Assembly: GCA_964016885.1 (NCBI GenBank)
Contig: OZ024741.1
Coordinates: 58,156,001 to 58,220,000, forward strand
Direction of reading: 5' to 3'
DNA from: Eledone cirrhosa
Taxonomy: Eukaryota
DNA: 64,000 bases
In this document: piece by piece, positions 27,648 to 42,000 of the stretch
Position numbering within the stretch: position 1 is the stretch's first letter
Layout of the letters: each line of letters begins with the position of its first letter
Notes under the pieces: model-generated
Databases searched by the model: none
The model's input: the letters and a program-made list of their open reading frames with translations, nothing else
Told to the model about the DNA's origin: nothing
Program-made: the position numbers and the translations under genes

Positions 27648-27932
27648 AAGTTATGTTGGTACCACAACATCCAGTCCGAAACAAATGAAGTCGTGTAGGT
27701 GTCACGACAAAAAAAACACACAGTCCACGCTGTAATGTGGCCGTGTAGGTAACACGGTAAAAACCTCCCAGTCCACACTGTAAATGTGGTTGGTGTTAGG
27801 AAGGGCATCCAGCCGTAGAAAACCCGCCAGACAGTCCTATACGAGCAGGACAACAAATCTTGGCTCAAGTGGGAAAACTCCCGTCCAAACCCATGCTAGC
27901 GTGGAAGATGGACATTAAACGATGATGATGAC
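27648..27932 (+). mobile_element. RTE family B 3'UTR-only copy
   Basis: Reverse complement of ~39060-39450 / 52540-52810; ends in (GAT)n. Confidence 0.85.
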
Positions 27933-29559
27933 ATACATACATATACGACCAGTTAGGAAATTACAAGTACAATCCATTAATGGACAGTAAAAATATATAA
28001 AACATTCCAAAAATGTTGCATCTAATAACTGCATTTACACTTGTACAAAGCATATGCACATGCACACATACAACTCAAAACATACACATCCACACATACA
28101 ATAACATCGATACCAGCACACACATGCTGCATGCAGACATGCATACATATCTACCTAGTTGATGTTGTGTAAATTCCAATGAGGGAGTCTTGTATCTATG
28201 TTAGAGACTGGCTCTTTCTCTATTGGCAAACATTTGTGAAATTATAAAACCAGAAGAACATACATGCATGCACGCATACATCATCATCATCATCATCATT
28301 TAACATCTAGCATGGGTATACACACACACCCACACACACACACACCCTCACATGTATATATATATTATTTTCTTGTCTCAGTACTGAGAAAATCCCTATA
28401 TATACGTTTTAGGCAAGTGGGAAATGAGAGGTTGTGCCATTCATGTTCCCAAGAGCATTAGCAACAAAAGTGAGGATTAATAACTTTGGCAGGATTCTGG
28501 AACCGAAGCTGCAAACTTGGCTTTCACAGAGTTTAACCCTTGTTTCATGTCACTTAGCAAAATGAAATGGACATTGACATACTTATTAAATCCAATTGTT
28601 TTAAGGGACATGCAAACTTCAATACAATGAGTTGTAATGCACCTAAGCACTGTACACAATAATTTCATTATTATTATTATATCCTACATTATTATCATTA
28701 TCATCATAGTCCCCATGTTACATCCATTTTCTATGCTGGCATGGGTTGGACTAGATGGGTCAGAGAGAGACCTCATCTGGCTCATACATTCTAATTTAGA
28801 ATACTACCTTATAGAGTTTAAGTGCATTTTATCATGGCACCAGCACTACCACATAGAGAATGTACTGAGTGTGTTTTATGAAACCAGCACAGAAGAAGCA
28901 TTACATTGACTCTATATACATTTTTTTATTCAGTCCATGTTAAGTGTGTTTATAATACAAACCTATAAAATAAGCATTTAAGAAACAGAGATTATTATAA
29001 CAACAGTCTTAATGAATTTTAGTCAAGCCTGTCTATTTATTTTCCTATCCCAACAGTCAGAAGAAAGAACTGTTTTATCAACAATTATGTAACTTGCTTT
29101 TTAAAATAAACAAGATTCAACCAGTGCTTATCTACTTAACTGATACTTATAAGGTTTGCCAATAACAAACATATCTATTTATGCTTTCCAACAGTAGTGC
29201 ATTAAGTTTTAACTTCATGTAATGATTTAGCAGAACATATCTAAAAATAGTTTTGTTAATTCAAATGACTATGGTGTGTTCACTGGCAAACACATCACTG
29301 TGAATTAGCAGTATTAGAGTAGAGACTTCAATGTTAAATGTGTCACAATTGTTTTCCCTTCTTAATGTGGCATATGCAGAGTTGTTAATCTTAACTCTTA
29401 ACATCTGAAATGATTTAGCAGGAAATATATAAAAATGTTAATAGTATATTAGAAATCACTATCTTAGTCTTCTTCTTCATCCACTTATTCCTGGGAGGGT
29501 TGATTTTTCAAAGATCTGCTGCAGTGTGGATATTTTGTCAGCTGTGCTGAATTTGGGGT

Positions 29560-30360
29560 CAAAATCACACTGTTCATTATCTAGTTTAGACTCAACATCG
29601 CTTTATCAGACACTTAGCATAGACTTTACCAAGGAGGCTTAACAAGAAGATCCTTTTATAATTGGGGCAATCTCTTTTGTCTCCCTTTTTGAAAATTGGG
29701 ATTGTCACTCCTGATTGCCATTGCTTAGGTACCTTTTCAGAGATCCAGGCTACCTAGCACTGATAAATCAGCCATACTTTTTCTATTTAACACTTCTAAC
29801 ATCTCTAGCCAAATTTCCTCCTCCCCAGCGGCCTTGCCACACTTGAGCTCTTCAATTATTCTTATGACCTCAGTTGCTTAGAGATTAGTCATCGCTCCCA
29901 TATGCACCTCATATACATCAGATGCTGTTGTGACTGGGTTTAGGAGATCATCAAAGTATTCTCTTCACATCGCAAATAGGAGATTCCCAGAAGTATTCCT
30001 GATAGCAGGTGTGGAGGAGGACTTCTTATTATGAAATAGCTGGATAGTCAGCCGGAACACTTTATTTGCTGATGTGCAATCAAATTCCAGCTTAACACCG
30101 ATGTCTTCCCATGTCTTAACTTTAGGTGCCATTACTGTCACTGCTGCGACTTTTTGCACTTACTTGTACCATAAGTGCAAGGAGGACTTATTTCTAAGCC
30201 AAGTTTTGTCAGCTTCTCTCATTGCTCAGAAGACATCTTTGACAACTTGATTGAACCAAGCTTGCAGCATTTAACAGCTGAAGCAGAAACTGCTGCCAAT
30301 TTAAACAGTGTCCACTCTGTTTCAACATTCTCAGTTTGCTCAGGGATTTTTTCTGAATTG
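29560..30360 (-). pseudogene. Decayed LINE RT fragment (RTE/BovB-like, distinct family)
   Basis: Reverse complement encodes VPKQWQSGVTIPIFKKGDKRDCPNY..SLLSLLGKVYAKCL and KCGKAAG motifs. Confidence 0.8.
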
Positions 30361-30607
30361 TATACTATCATGGTATACTATCTTAGTAATGAAATAATTA
30401 ACAATTTTAGTAAACACTTCAAAATTGTTCAATAATTAATTGAAATAGAATATATTTCATTAGATATAATGTTGTGTAAAAGTTAAGCTGGTGTTTAAAG
30501 CATCACAATTAGTTTGTTTATATATTTCTAATGGAAGATACTGCCTAGAATTTCCAAATCATTTTGAAAATAATAGAAAATTTAGTAATATATAGTAATA
30601 TAATTAA

Positions 30608-30945
30608 TAAATAAATATCTTTAAGTCGTTTGGAAGCCTCGACAATGCAAATGGGTAAATCTCCGGGAAACAAGATCCGGTGGTGGAGAGAGAGATGTAA
30701 GTGGGTGTACGTTGAGATGGGTGGTGTGTAAAGATGTGTAAATGTGTATAAGAAAGAAGGGAAGAGTATAAAGGATAAATTTAAAATAACAACACAAGAG
30801 AGAGTTACCTTGGGAGAGATTTAATAGTCCCTATATATTTCGGATTCACATCCATCAACTGGGGTTTTTTTTCCGGGGTAAAGGTTGTCTGTCGGACAGG
30901 TGCGAAACGCGTCCTCCGCTGTTTGTTGTTTTGAATATCTGAGAT
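30608..30945 (-). mobile_element. Non-coding repeat (family FB3) with variant hammerhead at 30829-30864
   Basis: Reverse complement matches ~42915-43232; second partial direct copy at 31305-31465. Confidence 0.75.
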
Positions 30946-31204
30946 ATGTATATATATATATATGTATATATATAAATGTATGTATATATATATATGTATA
31001 TATATATATGTATGTATATATATATATATGTATGTATATATATATATGCATGTATATATATATATATATGTATGTATATATATATATATGTATGTATATA
31101 TATATATATGTATATATATATATGTATGTATATGTATATATGTATGTATGTATATATATATGTATATATATATATATGTATGTGTATATATATATATATA
31201 TATG

Positions 31205-31290
<86 letters not shown>

Positions 31291-31501
31291 GGTAAATTTC
31301 TTTAATTTAAGTCGTTTGGAAGCCTCGACAATGCAAATGAGTAAATCTCCGGATAACAAGATCCGGTAGTGGAGAGAGATATGTAAGTGGGTGTACGTTG
31401 AGATGCGTGGCGTGTATGAGACGTCTAGAGGAATGAAGGAAAGAGCATAAAGGATACAATAAAAATATATGTATGTATATATATATATATATGTAGGTAT
31501 G

Positions 31502-31573
<72 letters not shown>

Positions 31574-31585
31574 AATATATATATG

Positions 31586-31653
<68 letters not shown>

Positions 31654-31845
31654 AATATATATATGTATGTATATATATATATATATATATTGTTATACTT
31701 TGGGAGGGTCATGTTGCCAATAAGAAACACACGCACCAGTTGCTTTCACTTCAATTTAATTTATTATATATTTATAAATTTACAAATTTATAAATTTCTG
31801 GTTGGTTGGTTGGTTCCACAACCAGATAGTTGTTTATATATATAT

Positions 31846-31890
31846 AGTCATAGTTCTTTCGTCACACACTCTGTGACCTCTTCAGTGACT
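31846..31890 (-). ncRNA. Hammerhead ribozyme in the inverted pLTR
   Basis: Reverse complement of 34656-34700. Confidence 0.8.
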
Positions 31891-32525
31891 GGGGATTTCT
31901 TTCTTCGTTTCTGTGCCTTTCCTTTCTTCTATCCTACGCCATTTTGTTTGTGTGTGGGTTGCGTGCTCAGTTTGCGCATGCGCCACATCCGGGTGTCTGT
32001 GTGTGTTTGTGTTCATTTTTCTATTTTTCTATTTATATTTTTCTATTTGTTTGTTTATTTATTTATTTATTGTTGGTTGGTTGTTTGTTCTATGTGTGTG
32101 TGTGTTTTCATTTTGTCCTTAATTGTAAGTTGTGATGTTGCTGTTCCACTCATATTTTCTATTTAATTTTGGTTTTAATTCTTTTATGCTTACTGCCTCT
32201 GTAATTTGCCTAAACATTGCGTCTTTCTTGTGTGTGGATTCTATTTTTATTTCTATGCTCTCTAATTTACCCCTGTGTTCTATCTTAGCATGTTGGTAGA
32301 GCACAGATGATTCTTTATTATCTTGGAGGTCTCGCCAGTGTTCATTTATTCGTTCCCCTATACTACGAGCTGTCTCACCTATGTACACTATATTTTTGTT
32401 TCTACATTGTCCTTCAGTACATCTTATGCTATATACTACATTTCTAGTTTTACAGTTAATATGGGGGCTTATTTTACAGTCCCAACAAAAGGACTGCCAA
32501 CAACTTCCAGGCCTGGAACAATGAC

Positions 32526-34427
32526 GTGCCGGCGTTGTATGGGCTTCGAAAAGACCATAAAACGGACTGGGACCCTGTCGCAGGACCACCAACACGGCCA
32601 GTCTGTGGAGCTAACATTGCTAGTAACTACAGACTGTCCTACTTCCTCTCCCTGATCATACGCCCCATCATTGAGATGTCCCCAGATGTGTGTGACAGCA
32701 CGGAGGACCTCCTCAGCAGAATCGGCGCGGGTAACCGATCTGGGGACCTAACAAACTGCATAATAGGCAGTATGGATGTTGTGTCCCTGTATCCATCTAT
32801 TGACGTGGATTTTGCTGTGGAGAAATGCGTCGAAATGATCAGCGAGAGCAAGGTTGAGTTCCGTGGGATTGATACCAGTGAGCTGGGACTTCTACTTAAG
32901 CTTACCCATAGTAATAGTTACCTAGACACTTATGACCTTAGCAACCTGTGCCCTACAAGACCAGCAAGAGGCAGACCACCTACCATTACCTCAATGGCCA
33001 AGAAAACCCACACAGATAGATGGAACGGGTGGACCAGAGCCATACGGACACCCGAAAACCACGATGAACTGAAGAAAATGATTGCACATGCGGTAGGGGC
33101 CAGCATAAAATTAACCCTTAAGGAACATATGTTCAAATTTAATGGTAAACCATATGCCCAAGAGGAACGAGCAGCCATTGGTGTTAGCATTGCAGGCGAC
33201 ATAGCTAACTTATTCATGGTATGGTGGGACAGTAGACTTAAACAAAAACTTAATGAACAATTAGAAGACAGCTTAACCCTGATAATGTACTCCCGCTACG
33301 TAGATGATATAAACATCGTAGTTAAGACACCCCCACTAAAGAACAGTCAGGAGCTAGAGAAAAACACAATGGAAAGCATCCAGCAAATAGCAAACTCCAT
33401 CCACCAGAGCATTAGAGTTACTATAGACTACCCAAGTAGACACCCCAACCATCGATTACCTGTACTAGACACAGAGTTCTGGTTAGACACAATTAACAAC
33501 CAAAAACAAATCATCCATTCCCATTATGCCAAACCCATGACTTCCAAACATCTGATCCACCGAAACTCGGCCATTTCGGACCATACCAAAATCAACATAC
33601 TGATTGCGGATTTGGTACGGGTGATGAGAAATGTGTCCCGCATGTGCACCCCCGAAGAACTAGAGAGACACATACAACACTTCATCCACCGTATGCAGTT
33701 CTCTGGCTACAATCAGAGAGATAGAATCAGAGTGTATAAAGGAGCCAGAACCAAATGGGAAAAAATGGTAAATAATGACATAAATGGGACCTGCCCCTTG
33801 TATAGGAGCAAATTTTGGAATAGAATAGAAAGAACTAAGAACAAGGCCAATAGAATAAACTCATGGTATGATAGCAATAAATACCAGAGTGTAATGTTCA
33901 TCAATACAACCCCTAGAGGCGAACTAGCCTACAAATTTAGAAGGGCCCTAAAGAAACATAATCTCAATATTAAGATAGTAGAAAGACCTGGTACCTCCGT
34001 AAAAACACTTATTAGCAAGACATACCCGTTCCAAAGACCCTCATGTATAGATAAGAAATGTATAACCTGTAAAATAAGCCCCCATATTAACTGTAAAACT
34101 AGAAATGTAGTATATAGCATAAGATGTACTGAAGGACAATGTAGAAACAAAAATATAGTGTACATAGGTGAGACAGCTCGTAGTATAGGGGAACGAATAA
34201 ATGAACACTGGCGAGACCTCCAAGATAATAAAGAATCATCTGTGCTCTACCAACATGCTAAGATAGAACACAGGGGTAAATTAGAGAGCATAGAAATAAA
34301 AATAGAATCCACACACAAGAAAGACGCAATGTTTAGGCAAATTACAGAGGCAGTAAGCATAAAAGAATTAAAACCAAAATTAAATAGAAAATATGAGTGG
34401 AACAGCAACATCACAACTTACAATTAA
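32526..34427 (+). CDS. Penelope-like reverse transcriptase + GIY-YIG endonuclease (N-terminally truncated)
   Basis: GSMDVVSLYPSID, AIGVSIAGDIANLFM, YSRYVDD, LPVLD; C-terminal VVYSIRC..VYIGETARSIGERINEH..RQITEA. Confidence 0.95.
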   Translation: MPALYGLRKDHKTDWDPVAGPPTRPVCGANIASNYRLSYFLSLIIRPIIEMSPDVCDSTEDLLSRIGAGNRSGDLTNCIIGSMDVVSLYPSIDVDFAVEKCVEMISESKVEFRGIDTSELGLLLKLTHSNSYLDTYDLSNLCPTRPARGRPPTITSMAKKTHTDRWNGWTRAIRTPENHDELKKMIAHAVGASIKLTLKEHMFKFNGKPYAQEERAAIGVSIAGDIANLFMVWWDSRLKQKLNEQLEDSLTLIMYSRYVDDINIVVKTPPLKNSQELEKNTMESIQQIANSIHQSIRVTIDYPSRHPNHRLPVLDTEFWLDTINNQKQIIHSHYAKPMTSKHLIHRNSAISDHTKINILIADLVRVMRNVSRMCTPEELERHIQHFIHRMQFSGYNQRDRIRVYKGARTKWEKMVNNDINGTCPLYRSKFWNRIERTKNKANRINSWYDSNKYQSVMFINTTPRGELAYKFRRALKKHNLNIKIVERPGTSVKTLISKTYPFQRPSCIDKKCITCKISPHINCKTRNVVYSIRCTEGQCRNKNIVYIGETARSIGERINEHWRDLQDNKESSVLYQHAKIEHRGKLESIEIKIESTHKKDAMFRQITEAVSIKELKPKLNRKYEWNSNITTYN

Positions 34428-34655
34428 GGACAAAATGAAAACACACACACACATAGAACAAACAACCAACCAACAATAAGTAAGTAAATAAACAAACAAA
34501 TAGAAAAATATAAATAGAAAAATAGAAAAATGAACACAAACACACACAGACACCCGGATGTGGCGCATGCGCAAACTGAGCACGCAACCCACACACAAAC
34601 AAAATGGCGTAGGATAGAAGAAAGGAAAGGCACAGAAACGAAGAAAGAAATCCCC

Positions 34656-34700
34656 AGTCACTGAAGAGGTCACAGAGTGTGTGACGAAAGAACTATGACT
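34656..34700 (+). ncRNA. Minimal type I hammerhead ribozyme in the Penelope 3' pLTR
   Basis: agtca-CTGAAGA-gGTCACAgagtgTGTGAC-GAAAG-aa-CTA-tgact. Confidence 0.8.
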
Positions 34701-34913
34701 ATATATATATAAACAACTATCTGGTTGTGGAACCAACCAACCAACCAGAAATTTATAAATTTGTAAATTTATAAATATATAATAAATTAAATTGAAGTGA
34801 AAGCAACTGGTGCGTGTGTTTCTTATTGGCAACATGACCCTCCCAAAGTATAACAATATCGGTTTCAACACACGATTTCAGATAAAGAATCTTGCTAAAC
34901 AAATTCAGAAACG

Positions 34914-35483
<570 letters not shown>

Positions 35484-38400
35484 GAATCTGAAATATGAAT
35501 CTGCGAGCTACCAAGCACCCACGTGAAGCGCCAACCCAGAGACCCTCCCCTACGAGTGTCGACAAATGCCCAAAACTCCGAGTTGGTACCATCAATGTAG
35601 GCTCAATGAAAGGAAGAGCAGGAGAAATCATAGAAATGCTAGAGCGAAAGGAAGTTGATGTATGCTGTGTGCAAGAGACTAGATGGAGAGGAGGGTCTGC
35701 TAGAGTCCTTGTAGGAAAAAGCCAGTGCTACAAATTTTTCTGGGTGGGAAATGACGATGGGATGGGTGGTGTAGGTATACTATTAGCTGACAAGTGGGTA
35801 GATAAAGTAATCTCAGTGTACAGGGTAAATGCAAGAATCATTAAACTTAGACTAGTCCTGAATAAGACAATTACCACAATAATATCAGCTTACGCACCCC
35901 AATCGGGGCTGCCAGACGAACTTAAGGATAGGTTTTACGAGTCCCTAATACACACTACTGCTCTAACAGACGACAAGGACTTCCTAATCATTGCAGGAGA
36001 TTTTAACGGACACGTAGGTAAACACTGCGACGGCTTCAATAGAGTACATGGAGGCCATGGAGTTGGCACAAGGAATGAGGAAGGATTCAGACTTCTAGAA
36101 TTCTGCGACGCCAATGACATGTCGATATGTAACACAAACTTTAAAAAACCCGACAACCACCTGATCACCTATAGATCAGGGGAGCACTCTAGTCAGTTAG
36201 ATTTTATCCTCATCAGAGGACGTGACAGATGGACGGTCGTAAACACAAAAGCCTTCCCTAGTGAGGAATGTACATCCCAACATAGCTTAGTTGTCAGCGA
36301 CCTCACGGTCAGAACTAGACGAGCCCTGAAACAGAGGCCAACCTGGAGAAGAAAGATCTGGAAGCTGAAAGTCCCCTCAACCAGTAACAGATTTAAAGAT
36401 ATTTTACTCAACGCCTACGACAGTAAAGAAGAACAGATAGAGACATTTAACGTAGAAGAGAACTGGGAGTTCCTAAAAAATAACTTACTAGAGGCGACGG
36501 ATGAGGTTTGTGGCTGGAGTAAGACCTCAAGCAGGAGGAGAGTGACTTGGTGGTGGAACAATAAGGTAGATGAAGCAGTCAAGGCCAAGAGACAGGCATG
36601 GAAAGAATGGAAGAACGGGGGGAGCAGGGTACATTACATAGAGACCAAGAGGGAAGCTAGGCGACAAGTATACTTAGCTAGGAGGGAAGCAGAGGATAGA
36701 AAATTCAAGCATGTTTTACAACGTGAGGACCAGAAACAGGAGGTATTCAAGATTGCGAGGCAGTGTGTCAGAGATAGTTGTGATGTCATTGGAGAGAAGT
36801 GTATCCGGAATGATAAAGGTGAGCTTGCCCTCACAAGTGCTGAGAAGAAAGATGCATGGAAGAGTCATTATGATAGATTACTAAATGAGGAGAATGCATG
36901 GGAAGAAGAGACCCTACCCCACGTAGACCCTATAGAGGGACCAGCAGTACAAGTCAGCGGCAGCGTAGTAAGTAAGGCAATCAGAGATATGAAGATAGGG
37001 AAGGCAACCGGTCCATCGGGTATAGCTGCCGAGATGCTGAAGGCATCTGGGTCTGTAGGTCACACTATAACCACACGTATCGTTAACCAGGTAATACTAG
37101 AGGGGGCCAAACCAAAAGATTGGTGCAGTAGCATCATTGTCAACTGCTACAAAGGTAAAGGCGATGCACTAGATAGAGGAAACTATAGAGGTATAAAGTT
37201 GATGGACCAGGTCATGAAGGTAACAGAAAGAGTTATAGCACAGCTGATTAGGGACCGGGTGAATATAGACGAGATGCAATTTGGGTTTGTACCAGGGAAA
37301 GGCACCACTGATGCCCTCTTCCTTGTGAGGCAATTACAGGAAAAGTACCTAGCTAAAAGTAAGCCACTCTACTTGGCATTTGTCGACCTTGAGAAAGCCT
37401 TTGACAGAGTTCCACGTGCAGTAATCTGGTGGGCTCTTAGAAAACTAGGAGTAGATGAATGGCTTGTGAAAGCGGTACAAGCCATGTATAGGGGAGCAGT
37501 CAGCAAAGTTAGGATTGGCAATGAGTATAGCGAGGAATTTAGCGTACAGGTTGGGGTCCACCAGGGCTCTGTTCTTAGCCCTCTCCTGTTCATCATAGTC
37601 CTGCAGGCAATAACGGAGGAGTTTAAGACCGGATGCCCATGGGAACTCCTGTATGCTGATGACCTCGCACTCATAGCTGAATCTATGGTAGAACTAGAGA
37701 ATAAATTCCAAACCTGGAAGCAGGGACTAGAGAGAAAGGGTCTCAAAGTCAACATGACAAAGACTAAGGTCCTTGTAAGTAGACGAGAAAACAGAACCCA
37801 GATCCCCTCAGGGAAATGGCCTTGCTCAGTATGTAGGAAAGGTGTAGGTAGAAACTCCATTCTCTGCCCCAAATGCAAACAATGGGTACACAAGAGATGT
37901 AGCGGGATCTCAGGAAGCTTAATTAAGAATGTAGGATTCACATGCAGCAGCTGTGCTGAAACAGCAAGCAAACAGCCACAGGAAACAAGTACCACCAATC
38001 TCTGGGAGGGCCCTGTAGAAACAGTAGACAGCTTCTGCTACCTAGGTGACCGAATTAGCAACGGAGGTGGGTGCTCAGAAAGTACAATAACTAGGGTAAG
38101 AACGGGATGGAAGAAGTTTAGGGAACTACTACCACTGCTAGCTGCAAAAGGCTTCTCCCTCAGAATGAAAGGCAGACTGTATGATGCGTGTATCCGAACA
38201 GCGATGTTGCATGGTAGTGAGACCTGGGCGCTGAAGGTGGAAGACTTACGTAGATTAGAGAGAAACGAAGCCTGCATGCTCCGATGGATGTGTAACAGTA
38301 ATATACGTGAACGACAAAGCATAAAGGAATTGAGAGAGAGACTGAGCATAAGAGGAATCAAATGCTGCGTGCAGGAGAGGCGGTTACGCTGGTATGGACA

Positions 38401-38917
38401 TGTGATGCGTATGAAGGATGACAGCTGCATAAAAAGGTGCAGAGCACTAGAAGTTGATGGAAACCGCGGAGTGGGGAGACCCAAGATGACTTGGGATGAG
38501 GTGATAAAAGCCGACCTTACCCAACTACACCTCTCAAAGTCAATGACACACGACCGTGACTTCTGGCGTCACGCAGTAATACAGGGTACCCGACCTCCCA
38601 TGGGTACATGCTGAAGCATATAAACAATATGCCCCCCCCCCCTCCACCGCAAGGTGGCCGTGGAGGTGCCACGGCAAAAAAGCACCCAGCCCACACTGTA
38701 AAGTGGACGTGTAGGCGCCACGAAAAAGCACCCAGCACTCACTGTAAATGAGGTTGGTGTTAGGAAGGGCATCCAGCTGTAGAAATCAAGCCAGATCAGT
38801 TCCTGTATGAGCAAGGCATGGTCAGCCGACCAGACACTGCCCACAACAGGACAACCCGTCTAACCCATGCTAGCGTGGAAGAACGGACGTAAAACGGTGA
38901 TGATGATGATGATGATG
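35484..38917 (+). mobile_element. Full-length-ORF RTE-clade LINE, family A
   Basis: Single ORF, ~300-bp 3'UTR, (ATG)n tail at ~38898-38917, embedded in (TA)n. Confidence 0.95.
35495..38614 (+). CDS. RTE LINE protein: APE endonuclease, reverse transcriptase and PHD-like zinc finger (1039 aa)
   Basis: GTINV, VQETRW, SAYAPQ, AGDFNGH, LDFIL, SQH; [35 protein letters not shown]; GRPKMTW. Confidence 0.97.
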   Translation: MNLRATKHPREAPTQRPSPTSVDKCPKLRVGTINVGSMKGRAGEIIEMLERKEVDVCCVQETRWRGGSARVLVGKSQCYKFFWVGNDDGMGGVGILLADKWVDKVISVYRVNARIIKLRLVLNKTITTIISAYAPQSGLPDELKDRFYESLIHTTALTDDKDFLIIAGDFNGHVGKHCDGFNRVHGGHGVGTRNEEGFRLLEFCDANDMSICNTNFKKPDNHLITYRSGEHSSQLDFILIRGRDRWTVVNTKAFPSEECTSQHSLVVSDLTVRTRRALKQRPTWRRKIWKLKVPSTSNRFKDILLNAYDSKEEQIETFNVEENWEFLKNNLLEATDEVCGWSKTSSRRRVTWWWNNKVDEAVKAKRQAWKEWKNGGSRVHYIETKREARRQVYLARREAEDRKFKHVLQREDQKQEVFKIARQCVRDSCDVIGEKCIRNDKGELALTSAEKKDAWKSHYDRLLNEENAWEEETLPHVDPIEGPAVQVSGSVVSKAIRDMKIGKATGPSGIAAEMLKASGSVGHTITTRIVNQVILEGAKPKDWCSSIIVNCYKGKGDALDRGNYRGIKLMDQVMKVTERVIAQLIRDRVNIDEMQFGFVPGKGTTDALFLVRQLQEKYLAKSKPLYLAFVDLEKAFDRVPRAVIWWALRKLGVDEWLVKAVQAMYRGAVSKVRIGNEYSEEFSVQVGVHQGSVLSPLLFIIVLQAITEEFKTGCPWELLYADDLALIAESMVELENKFQTWKQGLERKGLKVNMTKTKVLVSRRENRTQIPSGKWPCSVCRKGVGRNSILCPKCKQWVHKRCSGISGSLIKNVGFTCSSCAETASKQPQETSTTNLWEGPVETVDSFCYLGDRISNGGGCSESTITRVRTGWKKFRELLPLLAAKGFSLRMKGRLYDACIRTAMLHGSETWALKVEDLRRLERNEACMLRWMCNSNIRERQSIKELRERLSIRGIKCCVQERRLRWYGHVMRMKDDSCIKRCRALEVDGNRGVGRPKMTWDEVIKADLTQLHLSKSMTHDRDFWRHAVIQGTRPPMGTC

Positions 38918-38932
38918 ACATATATATATATG

Positions 38933-39019
<87 letters not shown>

Positions 39020-39037
39020 ATATATATATATATATAT

Positions 39038-42000
39038 ATCATCATCATCATCATCATCATCAGGTTTAGCGTCCGTGTTCCACGCTTGCATGGGTTTGGA
39101 CGGGGGTTTTCCCACTTGAGGCAAGAGTGGTTGTCTTGCTCGCATAGGACTGTCTTGCGGGTTTTCTACAGTTGGATGCCCTTCCTAACACCAACCACAT
39201 TTACAGTGATGGGCTGGGAGGTTTTTACTGTGTTGCCTACACGGCCACATTACAGCGTGGACTGTCTGGCGAGTTTTCTACAGCTGGATGCCCTTCCTAA
39301 CACCAACCACATTTACAGTGTGGGACTGGGAGGTTTTTACCGTGTTGCCTACACGGCCACATTTACAGCGTGGACTGTGTGTTTTTTGTCGTGACACCTA
39401 CACGATCTCATTTGTTTCGGCCTGGATGTTGTGGGACCAACATAACTTTACATTGAAAGGGGCGGTGTGGGTGGGGTGGAGGTGGTGGGACGGGGGTGTG
39501 TTTTGATAGAGATGCCTACTGACTGTAGTAGTTTTTACTTTGTATTTAGGTAAGGCGGGTCTTCTCTATTACTGAGTACCGCCAAAGGTCTCGGTCCAGT
39601 GACATTGTCTTGGAGAGGTGTAAGCGTGTGAGGTCGGAATTTATCAGCTCGTCCCATGTTTTTCTGGGTCTGCCAACTCCGTGGCTACCGTCTATCTTTA
39701 TTGCCCTGCACTTTGTTATACAGCTGTCGTCTTTCATGCGCATCACGTGACCGTACCAACGTAGTCTTCTCTCGAGTAAACAACATCTGATCCCTCTTAT
39801 TTCTAATTTTTTCCTTAGTTCGTTTATGCTTTGCCTTTCACGTATATTACTATTGCACATCCAGCAGAGCATGCAAGCTTCGTTCCTCTCTAGTCTGCGT
39901 ATATCCTCTGCACACAATGCCCAGGTCTCACTGCCATGCAGCATTGCTGCTCTAGCGGCTAATAGTGGTATAAGCTCTCTGAACTTTTTCCATCCAGTTC
40001 TGACTCTAGCTACTGTACTTTCAGAGCACCCTCCCCCACTGCTAATTTTGTCACCCAGATAACGGAAGCTGTCCACTATTTCTATAGAACCCTCTGCGCA
40101 GTTGAAGGAGCTAGTATTTTGTGGGCACTTGCTGCTACTTATTGCACCAGAGCACCGGCCACATGTAAAATCTATGTTCTTAGTTAGCTTACCTGTGATC
40201 CCACTACATCTTTTATGCACCCATACTTTGCATTTGGGACATAAAATGGAGTTTCTACCTACGCCTTTCCTACACACTGAGCATGGCCATTTCCCAGATG
40301 GGACCGCCGCCTTATTTTCTTTCCTACAAACTAGAACTTTAGTCTTAGCCAGGTTAATTTTAAGGCCTTTTGATTCTAGGCCGTGCTTCCATGTTTGGAA
40401 TTTCTTCTCTAGTTCGGTCATTGATTCAGCTATGAGCGTTAGATCATCTGCGTATAGGAGTTCCCATGGGCAGCCGGTCTTGAACTCCTCTGTTATAGCC
40501 TGAAAGGCAATAAATAGTAGGGGGCTAAGAACAGAGCCCTGATGGACACCAACTTTTACGCTAAACTCTTCACTATATTCGTTGTTAATTCTAACCTTAC
40601 TGACTGTTTCTTTATACATGGCTTGTATAGCTCTCACAAGCCATTCGTCAACACCTAGTTTTCTAAGAGACCACCAGATAATGGAACGGGGGACTCTGTC
40701 GAAGGCTTTCTTCAAGTCGACGAAAGCTAAGTATAGGGGTTTACTTTTAGCTAGGTACTTCTCCTGTAGTTGTCGTACAATGAAAAGAGCGTCTGTGGTA
40801 CTTTTGCCTGACACAAACCCGAACTGCATTTCATCTAGATCAATTCTCTCTCTGATTAGTTGCGCTATTACTTTTTCCGTGACCTTCATGACCTGGTCGA
40901 TTAATTTAATGCCTCTATAGTTACCTCTATCTAGGGCATCTCCTTTTCCCTTATAGCAGTTAACGATGATGCTGCTACGCCATTCCTTCGGAACAACCCC
41001 ATTCTGTACGACTTGGTTAACTATCCGGGTGACCATGGTGTGTCCCACCGAACCAGATGCCTTCAGCATCTCAGCAACTATTTCCGAAGGCCCAGCCGCC
41101 TTACCCGTCTTCATATCTTTGATTGCCTTACTTATTATACTACCTTCAACTAACACTGCTGGTCCCTCTATTGGATCGATCTGGGGGAGACTGTCTTTCT
41201 CCCATTTGTTCTCCTCATTTAGAAGCCTTTCGTAGTGACACTTCCAAGCTACCTTCTTATCAGCGTCGGTGATGGCAAGTATGCCATCATCGTTAAGTAC
41301 ACACTTCTCCCCGACAATATCACGGTTTTCCTTGACACATTGCCTGGCAATCCTGAACACCTCACGTTTTTGGTCCTCACGTTGTAGAACATGCTTGAAC
41401 TTTCTTTCCTCTGCTTCCCTTCTTGCGAAGTACACTTATCTCCTAGCTTCCCTCCTGGCCACTTGATAGTCTTCTCTACTTCCCCCATCCCGCCATACTT
41501 TCCAAGCCTGCTTTTTGGCCTTAATTGACTCCTCCACCTTACTGTTCCACCACCATGTTACTCTCCTCCTACCTACAGGCCTGCTCCAGCCACAGACTTC
41601 GTCTCCCGCCGTCAGCAGGTTTGCTCTCAGGAATTCCCACTGTTTCTCTATATTATACGACTCTAATTGCTCTTCCTTACTGTCGAAAGCGTCAAGTAAT
41701 ATGCTTTGAAATTTATTTCTGGCTATGGGGTCCTTTAGCTTCCATATTTTTCTCCTGAGGATAGTCCTCTTCCGCTGTCTAGTACGTCTCGTCCTGACTA
41801 TGAGGTCGCTAATTATCAGTCTATGTTGGGAGGTGAATTCTTCATGGGGGTGGGATTTAGTGTTAACAACAGACACTCTGTCACGTCTTCTGGTAAGGAT
41901 ATAATCTACCTGGCTTGTGTGTTCCCCCGATCTATAGGTGATCAAGTGATTGTCTCGTTTTTTGAAGTTAGTGTTACAGATAGTTAAGTTATTTGCGTCG

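Noticed and set aside
32119-32595. 158-aa minus-strand ORF with a GIY-YIG domain
   Set aside because: Chimeric by-product of the inverted pLTR junction, not an independent gene.
37369-38844. Antisense ORFs over RTE copies (also 9766-10209, 20040-21082, 39826-42500, 52970-53470)
   Set aside because: Reverse-frame shadows of the RTE ORF, recurring only because the element recurs.
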